Positions 49,165-59,798 of a DNA stretch of 64,000 nt are shown in pieces. The stretch covers positions 170 to 64,169 of the forward strand of contig CAYNOQ010000002.1 in the NCBI GenBank assembly GCA_964398855.1, read 5' to 3'. Within the stretch, counting starts at the first letter, position 1, and each line of letters starts with the position of its first letter. The position numbers and the translations under genes are program-made. Source of the DNA: an uncultured Mariniphaga sp. (lineage in GTDB: Bacteria > Bacteroidota > Bacteroidia > Bacteroidales > Prolixibacteraceae). The notes under the pieces were generated by a model. The model saw nothing but the letters and a program-made list of their open reading frames with translations, was not told where the DNA came from and did not search any database.

Positions 49165-49509
49165 GTGAAGCATACAAGCGAAGCCTGCAAACAGGCACAA
49201 CGAGCAATCAGAGACACATTGGATGTTGTGGGGGGAAAATGGAAGTTAATGTTACTGGTGATTCTGCGGGATGGAAAAATGCGTTTTAACCAGCTTTCCA
49301 GAGAAGCCGGAATTTCACCACGGATTCTTTCCAAAGAGCTGGAAGAACTCCAGCTCAACGGTTTGGTCAGGCGTGAAGTGCAGAACACCAAACCGGTAAC
49401 AGTCGAATACAGCCTTACTCCCTATTCCGAAACTTTGGATGGGGTTTTGGATGCCCTTGAGCAATGGGGTGTTTATCACCGTAACTATATCATTAATCAA
49501 ACGAAATAG
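49165..49509 (+). CDS. HxlR-family winged-helix transcriptional regulator
   Basis: GTG start. CKQAQRAIRDTLDVVGGKWKLMLLVILRDGKMRFNQLSREAGISPRILSKELEELQLNGLVRRE; 114 aa. Confidence 0.88.
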   Translation: MKHTSEACKQAQRAIRDTLDVVGGKWKLMLLVILRDGKMRFNQLSREAGISPRILSKELEELQLNGLVRREVQNTKPVTVEYSLTPYSETLDGVLDALEQWGVYHRNYIINQTK

Positions 49510-49701
49510 GTGGTAAATTTGCTTTTCTGAAAAACAGATAAATTAATCTTGACAAAGTAGCCATGGCATTGGTGCTCAGCTGTTGGGTAAATTATTTTAC
49601 ATAAAAGTGCATAAAACATTTGTCTGAGGTTTTTTATTATAAAAAAGGTATTTATTTTGCCCCGTCAAACAGAATGTAAATTTTTATGTTGGTTAGGGAA
49701 A

Positions 49702-51108
49702 ATGAAAAATACGTACCTTGATCTCATCGAACAGTCTTACTATTTCCCGCAGGAAGGATTTGACCTGCAGGATGGTAATCTCACTTTCTACGGCGTTTCG
49801 CTGAAGTATCTCATTGATAAATACGGCACTCCATTCAGACTGATGTATTTGCCCCGGATTGGCGACCAGATAAAACGGGCGCGAAATCTTTTCCGGCGTG
49901 CCATGAAAGCAACCAATTACAAAGGAGAGTATCATTACTGTTACTGCACCAAGTGCAGCCACTTCCATCATGTGGTTAGCAAGGCGTTGCAATACAACGT
50001 AAATCTTGAAACTTCCTCCTCGTTCGATATTGATCTGATTCTGAATCTTCACCGACAGGGAAAATTAGATAAGAACATTAAGATTTTGCATAACGGATAC
50101 AAAACAGACGATTATATACGGAAAATACTGGAACTCACCGACCTGGGTTTTAAAAATTCCACAATTATTCTGGATAATAAAAATGAGCTGAAAAAAATAG
50201 TTGCATTTGCAAAAGGCAAAAAGGTGCAGCTTGGCATTCGCAAAGCTATTGACGAAGAGCCGCAAAGTGCATACTATACTTCGCGTTTAGGCATCAGGGC
50301 TTCGGAAATTCTGGAATTTTACCGAAATAATATTCAGGGAAAAGAGAACCTGAAACTGACCATGCTTCACTTTTTTGTGGATTCCGGCATTAAGGATACA
50401 CTTTATTACTGGGGTGAGTTTCAGAAATCCGTAAAGCTGTTTATTGAGCTGAAGCGCGAGTGTCCCGAGTTGGATGCTTTCAATTTGGGTGGCGGTTTTC
50501 CAATTCGCAACCATCTTGGATTTGAATACGATTACGAATATATGATTCGCGAAATAGTGAATAATATTAAGGATGCATGCACGGCTGAAGGAATTGAAGA
50601 ACCCGACATTTATACCGAATTTGGCAAATATACGGTAGGGGAGAGCGGAGCAACTATTTTTTCCGTGTTAGATCAAAAACAGCAGAACGATGCCGAATTG
50701 TGGTACATCATCGATAATAGTCTGATGAACACCATTCCCGATGCCTGGTCAATTTTTGAAAAATTTATTCTGTTGCCCATTAACAAGTGGAACAATGAAT
50801 ATACGCGGGTGAATATTGGCGGCATTAGCTGCGATCACTCCGACTACTACAATTCCGAAGATTTGAACCAGCAAATCATGTTGCCACGTTACTCTTCACG
50901 CGAAAAGGAGCCGCTCTATCTTGGATTTTTTCACACGGGCGCCTATCAGGATTCCATCAGCGGATACGGCGGAATCAAACACTGTCTGATTCCTGCACCG
51001 CAGCACGTGCTGATTGACCGCGACGAGACCGGGAATTTTGTGGATTACGTTTACCGGACAGAACAAACGGTAGAAGAGATGTTTAATATTTTAGGATATA
51101 ACGGCTGA
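49702..51108 (+). CDS. PLP-dependent group IV (alanine-racemase-fold) decarboxylase, arginine-decarboxylase-like
   Basis: I prefer ATG 49702 over the TTG at 49657. PLP-Lys context YCYCTKCSH, phosphate-binding NLGGGFPI, and active-site Cys GGISCDHSD. Confidence 0.7.
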   Translation: MKNTYLDLIEQSYYFPQEGFDLQDGNLTFYGVSLKYLIDKYGTPFRLMYLPRIGDQIKRARNLFRRAMKATNYKGEYHYCYCTKCSHFHHVVSKALQYNVNLETSSSFDIDLILNLHRQGKLDKNIKILHNGYKTDDYIRKILELTDLGFKNSTIILDNKNELKKIVAFAKGKKVQLGIRKAIDEEPQSAYYTSRLGIRASEILEFYRNNIQGKENLKLTMLHFFVDSGIKDTLYYWGEFQKSVKLFIELKRECPELDAFNLGGGFPIRNHLGFEYDYEYMIREIVNNIKDACTAEGIEEPDIYTEFGKYTVGESGATIFSVLDQKQQNDAELWYIIDNSLMNTIPDAWSIFEKFILLPINKWNNEYTRVNIGGISCDHSDYYNSEDLNQQIMLPRYSSREKEPLYLGFFHTGAYQDSISGYGGIKHCLIPAPQHVLIDRDETGNFVDYVYRTEQTVEEMFNILGYNG

Positions 51109-51115
51109 CAGTCGC

Positions 51116-51144
51116 AAAAAAAAGACCGGATTTCCGGTCTTTTT
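51116..51144. terminator. Bidirectional terminator between the decarboxylase and ssb
   Basis: aaaaaaaa-gaccgg-attt-ccggtc-ttttt. Confidence 0.7.
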
Positions 51145-51179
51145 AATTTGGGAATTAATCATGCAAAGGGCGCTTTCTG

Positions 51180-51533
51180 TCATTCATCTCCGTTTTCTCC
51201 TTTTTTGCCAAGCATCAGTATGGAGTTTACAACCACTTCAGTGATATACTGTTTGTCACCGTTCTTGTCTTCATAGGAGCGGTTGGTCAGTTTGCCGTCA
51301 ATGGCAATTTCAGAACCTTTTTTCAGATAATTTTCGGCAATTTCAGCTTGCTTTCCCCAGGCAACCAGACGGTGCCAGGTGGTTTCGGAAATTTTTTTGC
51401 CACTTTGGTCATAGTAAACTTCGTTTGTTGCTATAGAGAAATTAGCAACCTTTTTTCCGCTGTCGAGCTTTCTTACTTTTGGCGCGTCGCCTAAGTGTCC
51501 GATAAGCCTGACGTTGTTTCTTAATGCATTCAT
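51180..51533 (-). CDS. ssb: Single-stranded DNA-binding protein (short form)
   Basis: MNALRNNVRLIGHLGDAPKVR..TWHRLVAWGKQAEIAENYLKKGSEIAIDGKL. This is an OB fold. At 117 aa it has only a short acidic end (GENGDE). Confidence 0.85.
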   Translation of the reverse strand: MNALRNNVRLIGHLGDAPKVRKLDSGKKVANFSIATNEVYYDQSGKKISETTWHRLVAWGKQAEIAENYLKKGSEIAIDGKLTNRSYEDKNGDKQYITEVVVNSILMLGKKGENGDE

Positions 51534-51705
51534 TTTTTCAAAATTTTAAATTAATAACTAAAACGAAATTGTAGTTCAAAAGTAGGCTGCACCGGTTCTG
51601 CGAGTCGGTTATTAAATATTTATAGTCGGTTATAACCGTTTGTAAGTATTTGCAAACGGATAGATTTTTGTATATTAGCGGTTTATGAATTAAAAAAATA
51701 AGCCG

Positions 51706-52059
51706 ATGGAATCGAGAAAATGTCTGGAATGTGGCGAGCCGTTGCGCGGGAGAGCCGATCAGAAATTTTGTAGTGATGCGTGCAGGAATGCATATAATAA
51801 TCAGAAATTGGGGAAAAGCAACAACTATATGCGGAAAATAAACCGCATTCTCAAAAAGAATTATTCAATTCTTGAAAAGCTGAATCCTGAAGATAAAATC
51901 ACCACCCATAAAAGTACATTAGAAAGGGAAGGCTTCAATTTCAACCACTTCACACACATCTACGAAACCCGAAGCGGCAGGATTTACTATTTCTGTTATG
52001 ATCAGGGATTTTCAGCGCTTGAAAACAACAAATTTCTGCTTGTCAGGGAAAACAGGTGA
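51706..52059 (+). CDS. Small zinc-ribbon protein of unknown function
   Basis: N-terminal CLECGEPLRGRADQKFCSDACRNAYNN (a CxxC..CxxxC ribbon) followed by a ~85-aa basic and aromatic domain. Confidence 0.55.
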   Translation: MESRKCLECGEPLRGRADQKFCSDACRNAYNNQKLGKSNNYMRKINRILKKNYSILEKLNPEDKITTHKSTLEREGFNFNHFTHIYETRSGRIYYFCYDQGFSALENNKFLLVRENR

Positions 52060-52457
52060 GTTTTTTGGCTATTGACTGCATTAAACAATAATTTCAGATT
52101 CACTTTTCAAACAGCTAAAATTATTTGTGCTATGAAAGTATATCAATATTATAAAGCGAAGAACCTCAATCAGCCTATTGCCAATTTTCAACAGATTTTT
52201 CGCTTCACGAAAAATGACTCCGCATGGTGATATTATAATGGTGTATGTCAGATAGATGTGCGACTGATAGCTATCCTCAGCACGCGTATCAACGCCATTC
52301 CACCTGACACCTGAGACGGTATCATTCCTACGGCAGGGGGAAATCTCTCCAATAGAAATGAATTTGTAATTATAATCTGCCTACCCCGTTGTTAACTTGA
52401 AATCAGCACTGATTTACTCGTGTGTTGAGGGAACGAGTGTAAGCTAAACCGAGAGGA

Positions 52458-53318
52458 TTACCCAAGATAAGTTTTAAGCAGCTTGCTCTTGGATGTGTGT
52501 CTCAGTCTGCGGATGGCTTTTTCCTTAATCTGGCGAACGCGTTCGCGGGTAAGACCAAACCGTTCACCTATCTCCTCCAATGTCATTTCCTGACAACCGA
52601 TACCAAAAAAGAGTTTGATGATGTCTGCTTCTCTTTCGGTGAGTGTGGCAAGCGCCCGGTTAATTTCGCGGGAAAGGGATTCCTGAATAAGAATTCTGTC
52701 GGCATTGGGCGAATCATCATTTACCAACACGTCCAGAAGACTGTTGTCTTCCCCATCAACGAAGGGGGCATCAACCGAAACATGGCGCCCGGAAACCCGG
52801 AGTGTATCAGAAATCTTATCGGGAGTCAGCTCAAGGGTATCGGCAAGCTCTTCGGGCGATGGTTTTCGTTCATGCTCCTGTTCAAATTTTGAATAAGCCT
52901 TATTTATCTTGTTCAGCGAACCAACCTGGTTCAGCGGCAATCTGACAATTCGAGACTGCTCGGCAAGGGCTTGCAAAATGGATTGACGAATCCACCAAAC
53001 AGCATAGGAAATAAATTTAAATCCGCGTGTTTCATCAAATTTTTCTGCTGCTTTTATCAATCCCAGATTTCCTTCATTAATTAAATCAGGAAGACTAAGT
53101 CCCTGATTCTGGTATTGTTTTGCAACAGATACCACAAAGCGAAGATTTGCTCTGGTCAACTTTTCCAAAGCTGCGTGATCACCCTTTTTAATGCGCTGTG
53201 CAAGTTCCACCTCCTCTTCAACTGTGATAAGTTCTTCTTTTCCAATCTCCTGTAGATACTTATCCAACGATGCGCTTTCTCTGTTGGTGATGGACTTTGT
53301 AATCTTAAGCTGTCTCAT
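52458..53318 (-). CDS. rpoD: Primary RNA polymerase sigma factor (sigma-70/RpoD, short Bacteroidota sigma-A type)
   Basis: [28 protein letters not shown] and [28 protein letters not shown]; 286 aa. Confidence 0.92.
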   Translation of the reverse strand: MRQLKITKSITNRESASLDKYLQEIGKEELITVEEEVELAQRIKKGDHAALEKLTRANLRFVVSVAKQYQNQGLSLPDLINEGNLGLIKAAEKFDETRGFKFISYAVWWIRQSILQALAEQSRIVRLPLNQVGSLNKINKAYSKFEQEHERKPSPEELADTLELTPDKISDTLRVSGRHVSVDAPFVDGEDNSLLDVLVNDDSPNADRILIQESLSREINRALATLTEREADIIKLFFGIGCQEMTLEEIGERFGLTRERVRQIKEKAIRRLRHTSKSKLLKTYLG

Positions 53319-53431
53319 ATATTTCTCTCTTTTCTAAAAAATTTGCAAAATTAGCAAATAATGCTATGTCCTTGAATAATACTAACTATATCAATGATTA
53401 TTAATTGTTTGTTAAAGGATTAATTTCGTAA

Positions 53432-54868
53432 TTAATCAACCCCAAAAACAAAATATGCCAACTCTCCGTTCGGATAAATTCCTTCAACTAATACTCCTCC
53501 TTTGGCATTTCCGATTTCTCTCTTGAAATCATTTACCTCATAAATAGGTTTTTTGTTCACATGGGTGATGATAAATCCTTTGTTTAAACCGGCATCTCTG
53601 AGCTTACCCTGCTTTAAATCAGTAACTTTTATGCCGAATTCTATATTGAGATTTGTTTTATCATCATTCCCTATGGTTTCAAAGCTGGCTCCCAAAACCG
53701 ACACATTATCGCGGACGATTTGGGTGTCGCCATGTTTATTACGTAAAGTAACCGTAATTTGTTTCCTGTCGTTACCTCTTTTTATTCCAATTTTCACATC
53801 ATCGCCCGGACGGAACCTGCTCACCTTCTCCTGAAGCTCTGCCGAAGAGTTCACCCGGTCGCCGCCAACACTCATAATAACATCTCCAACCTTGATTCCT
53901 GCCTGTTTTGCGGCACCATTATCCGTTACAGCGGCAACATAAACACCTTCAACCTTATCCAGTCCGTTATCCTTGGCAATTTTAGCATCAACATTCATAA
54001 TGTTTACGCCTAAAAGTGCACGCTGAACCTCGCCGAACTCCTTCAGATCTTCAACCACCTTCTTCACGATTGATACCGGAACTGCAAACGAATATCCGGC
54101 ATAGGAACCTGTTCGCGAAGCGATTGCCGTATTGATTCCGACTAAATTTCCCTGCTGGTTAACCAAAGCGCCACCGCTGTTTCCGGGATTAACTGCAGCA
54201 TCGGTCTGAATGAAAGATTCGATTGAATACTGATCTTCATTTATGCCGAGATTTCTCGCCCTCGCACTCACAATGCCGGCGGTTACGGTAGAAGTAAGGT
54301 TAAACGGATTCCCAACTGCCAAAACCCATTCGCCCAATTTCAGAGCATCTGAATCTCCATAGGTGAGATAAGGCAATCCTTCCTCATCAATTTTCAGCAA
54401 TGCCAGATCGGTTGACGGGTCAGCGCCAACAAGCCTTGCATCATATTCGTGTTTGCTATTTAAAATTACCTTTATGTTCTGAGCCCTTTCTATCACGTGA
54501 TTGTTTGTGACGATATAGCCATCAGACGTCAGGATTACACCTGAACCAAACCCTGTGGCTATCTGCGGTTCCTGTCTGCGAAGTCCGAAAAATTCATCAA
54601 AAAAAGGATTTCCGCTTGACCAGCCGCCACCACGAACCGACTGGGTGGCTATATGCACCACCGCATGAACGGAATTTTCAGCGGCAAAAGTCAAATCAGG
54701 CAACTGCTGCTGACTGTTGGCAGGTAAATTCACAAAACTGACCGGATTTCGCTCGGTTATGGTTACAACTTCCTGCTTGTTGAAAAAAGAGCTGTAAATC
54801 CAAACTGCCAAAAAGGCACCGGCTAAAACGAGCAAAAACGTAAGCGAATATTTTTTAGTATCTTTCAT
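53432..54868 (-). CDS. Do/HtrA-family periplasmic serine endopeptidase with two PDZ domains
   Basis: I prefer ATG 54868 (MKDTKKYSLTFLLVLAGAF) over the GTG at 54889. Catalytic contexts TNNHVI, DLALLKI and GNSGGALV. Confidence 0.9.
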   Translation of the reverse strand: MKDTKKYSLTFLLVLAGAFLAVWIYSSFFNKQEVVTITERNPVSFVNLPANSQQQLPDLTFAAENSVHAVVHIATQSVRGGGWSSGNPFFDEFFGLRRQEPQIATGFGSGVILTSDGYIVTNNHVIERAQNIKVILNSKHEYDARLVGADPSTDLALLKIDEEGLPYLTYGDSDALKLGEWVLAVGNPFNLTSTVTAGIVSARARNLGINEDQYSIESFIQTDAAVNPGNSGGALVNQQGNLVGINTAIASRTGSYAGYSFAVPVSIVKKVVEDLKEFGEVQRALLGVNIMNVDAKIAKDNGLDKVEGVYVAAVTDNGAAKQAGIKVGDVIMSVGGDRVNSSAELQEKVSRFRPGDDVKIGIKRGNDRKQITVTLRNKHGDTQIVRDNVSVLGASFETIGNDDKTNLNIEFGIKVTDLKQGKLRDAGLNKGFIITHVNKKPIYEVNDFKREIGNAKGGVLVEGIYPNGELAYFVFGVD

Positions 54869-55025
54869 AACAGTACATTTTAGTTTCACAAAACGGTGAA
54901 TACAAGCAAATAATTTGCCATAGTGGTGAATTGTTCAGAACCAACCGTTTCATTTTGCATAAATTAACAACTCTGTGCCAGTTTTGTTAAAAAATGATTG
55001 TATAATATGCAAAACTGAAACAATG

Positions 55026-55616
55026 TCAGGAATTTGATTTGTCAGGAACGATAAACCAGTGAGCACCAAGTTCAACCGGTTTATAGTTTTCGATATAATT
55101 TAACGCCTCTTCCGGTGAACCGACAGAAACATATAAATTTCTGTAAACTTCGCCCGCAAATTTTTCCGAAAAGGAATGTTCAAAGTGATCGAACAAATGG
55201 TTATAAAAATTACCTGTATTAATAAAAACCACAGGTTTTTTATGGTATGCTAACTGCTTGAGCGTTATCACTTCAAGAATCTCTTCAAGCGTACCGAATC
55301 CGCCGGGAAGCGCAATGAATGCATCTGAAATTTTCCGCATTTTGGCTTTGCGTGCTTTCATGCTTTTGACGCTGATTATTTCATGCAGATTTTCGGAAGC
55401 AAGTGAGCGCTGTATCATGCGTTCCGGGATTATCCCGATAGTTCGGGCGCCAGCTGCAGATGCGGAAATCGTAACCGCTTCCATCAGCCCGACGTTTGCT
55501 CCGCCGCTAACCAGCGCGTGCCCCCGTTCGCCAATCAGTTGCCCCAGCTTTTTTGCTTCGTCAAAAAATAGATTATCAATTCCGTTACTGGAAGAAGAAA
55601 ATACACAAATGTTCAT
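55026..55616 (-). CDS. LOG-family (TIGR00730) nucleotide phosphoribohydrolase
   Basis: GGANVGLMEAV and ALPGGFGTLEEILE; 196 aa. Confidence 0.85.
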   Translation of the reverse strand: MNICVFSSSSNGIDNLFFDEAKKLGQLIGERGHALVSGGANVGLMEAVTISASAAGARTIGIIPERMIQRSLASENLHEIISVKSMKARKAKMRKISDAFIALPGGFGTLEEILEVITLKQLAYHKKPVVFINTGNFYNHLFDHFEHSFSEKFAGEVYRNLYVSVGSPEEALNYIENYKPVELGAHWFIVPDKSNS

Positions 55617-55674
55617 AAAATGAAAATTGAAATCGGGATTCAGCCGGAAATGTTAATGAGAAATCTGCTATTAT

Positions 55675-57669
<1,995 letters not shown>

Positions 57670-57962
57670 TTATTAAATATTACTATGTCTTGATTATTAA
57701 AAAATCTGATTGTTAAAATGATGAAAATAAAGTTTCAACAATCTGTTAACAATTTCAGAAAGAGACACATATCGAAATTTTTATGTTTCGGGGAAGTGTC
57801 ATGCAAAGATAACAAAATTTACCGTAAAATCGTCACCTTTACTCTGTGTGGCAGGTTAACTTTTCAACAAGTTATCAACCTGTAAATGAGCAGGTGAACA
57901 CTGCAAAATCGAAACTTCCGGAGGTGCATCTTGCCACTCTCTTAACCTGTGCTTAACACAAA

Positions 57963-59792
57963 TTAAAACGAATAACTGATGCCTCCAAGAACATTAAAAC
58001 TTTGCACCGGATATCCTAACCACCGCTGGTATTGCTGAAAGCCGAAATTGTTTAGCCGGGCAAAAACCGAAAAGCGGTTTGTAATTTTATAGGTGGCATT
58101 AAAATTCAGATCAAAGACCACGGAAAGGGGATAAGACTCCTTTTCCAGCTTTTCATGCAACAGCAGTTCGCTGTTTGTCAGCGGACGGGGATCGGTATCT
58201 CCGGGAATGCCCATTATCAGTGCCTGCCGCTGTCCGGTAAAAAACAGATCGGTTGTAAAACTCAACTGATCGGAAGCCTGATAGCCGACCGAAAATTTTG
58301 CATCCCAATCGGGGAGATTCCATGCTTTTTCCATGGTTTCCATATCATAAACATAATAGTTCCCCGACAGCAGTAAATTGGCTTTGCCTAATGAAGCATG
58401 AAAAACTTCAAGGTTGAATTTCAACAGATTCAGGTTGTCATAAAGCACATCAAAATCGTTATCTGCAACGCCTTTATCAATCAAACCCTCCTGAAAACCG
58501 TGCCTGAACAAATAGTAAAGGGGCTGATCCTTGACGAGGGAGTAATTCACTCCAAGTTTAAATTTTGTTTTTGCGGCAAGCTTTCCATCAAATCCGCCAA
58601 AAAAGCGAAATTGCTCAAACGTATTTTTTACGAGATGTTCCGGATTGACAAACGGATTCTCATAAGCAATTTTCGAGTAGTGATTTTGGATGAAATTTCC
58701 ATCAACGCCTGCATAAATGGTAATAATCTCTTTAACCGGAGTCAGATTTGCCCTGATGTTGGGTGCAAGCCTGATTTTCAGGTCAGTGCTGCTGTCAATC
58801 ACAAACCATGAGTTGATCCCAAGTTTGATGTTTGCCACCTCGCCGCCCAGCATATAGGCAGGTTTGGCTGTAATCCACGTTTGCTGGTTCAATCCGGTTT
58901 CTACCTGTTCCCTTCCAAATGTCATCAGGTATTTTGTAACAACATCACTGACACTGATATAGGAAATTCCGGCATCAAGAAATCCGGTTCCGGTGTAGAA
59001 CGGCTTTTTCAGATCAACCAAAAAATCCCCCAAATGCTCTCTTTGACCTGTCTTAGTGCCAAAATAGTGATACAGAAATTTGAAATCGAAGGTGAAATCA
59101 TCTTTTCGAGCAGCAGGATTCTCCAAGCCAATGGAAAAGCTCCCTTTGGTGAAAGTCTGCCGGCTGCCAAAATAATTGATCAGCTGATCTTTCTCTAATA
59201 AAGTAGCCGGAACTTCGTCAACAGGATAGCCGTAATAGTTGAATCCCTTGTGGTCAACACCGGCATTAAGCGAGAGTACGGAAGCCTGCGAAAAATACTT
59301 GAAAAACAGCTCCGCTTCATTTTCTGAAAAGGGTGCGCTCACCCGGTCACCTCCTTCAAGATTGAGTTTTCCGTGGGATGAAAGGTGCCTTCCGTGAAGT
59401 CCGAAAAGGGTATTGCGGGAATTTTTCGTATTCAGGAAAAGCTCTCCGAACGGTCTGTTGTAATTACCTGCGCCGGCACTTATAAAACCCAAACCGGAGT
59501 CCTCCCTTGGAGCTGATGCCACAGTTGCCGCTTTCAGGGTATTTACCGAAAAGGTGTTGAATATCGGCTGACTGAAAATGCTGTATGTAAATACCGGTTT
59601 TTCCTGTTGTTCTTCATCTATTTCAGGCATCGTACTGATTTTGTTTGCATCGGAAATGGTTGGTCGGTAGGATTTCACCACTTCCACTTCCTGAGTAAGT
59701 CTTTCGTCCTGCTGTGAAAAAACATTTATACTCAGAAGAATAACAAAAACAGAAAGTAAATAAACTCGTATCGTATTTGCGAACATATTCAT
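57963..59792 (-). CDS. Large outer-membrane beta-barrel protein of unknown function
   Basis: Signal peptide MNMFANTIRVYLLSVFVILLSINVFSQ, 609 aa of alternating beta strands, and terminal strand LGGISYSF ending in Phe. Its start lies 6 bp after the upstream TPR gene. Confidence 0.6.
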   Translation of the reverse strand: MNMFANTIRVYLLSVFVILLSINVFSQQDERLTQEVEVVKSYRPTISDANKISTMPEIDEEQQEKPVFTYSIFSQPIFNTFSVNTLKAATVASAPREDSGLGFISAGAGNYNRPFGELFLNTKNSRNTLFGLHGRHLSSHGKLNLEGGDRVSAPFSENEAELFFKYFSQASVLSLNAGVDHKGFNYYGYPVDEVPATLLEKDQLINYFGSRQTFTKGSFSIGLENPAARKDDFTFDFKFLYHYFGTKTGQREHLGDFLVDLKKPFYTGTGFLDAGISYISVSDVVTKYLMTFGREQVETGLNQQTWITAKPAYMLGGEVANIKLGINSWFVIDSSTDLKIRLAPNIRANLTPVKEIITIYAGVDGNFIQNHYSKIAYENPFVNPEHLVKNTFEQFRFFGGFDGKLAAKTKFKLGVNYSLVKDQPLYYLFRHGFQEGLIDKGVADNDFDVLYDNLNLLKFNLEVFHASLGKANLLLSGNYYVYDMETMEKAWNLPDWDAKFSVGYQASDQLSFTTDLFFTGQRQALIMGIPGDTDPRPLTNSELLLHEKLEKESYPLSVVFDLNFNATYKITNRFSVFARLNNFGFQQYQRWLGYPVQSFNVLGGISYSF

Positions 59793-59798
59793 CTCAAT

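Noticed and set aside
55026-55616. The LOG-family protein was considered as part of a nucleotide-based defence system.
   Set aside because: It is a stand-alone canonical TIGR00730-type gene (PGGFGTLEE) sitting between housekeeping htrA and gyrB. No sensor or effector partner is present.
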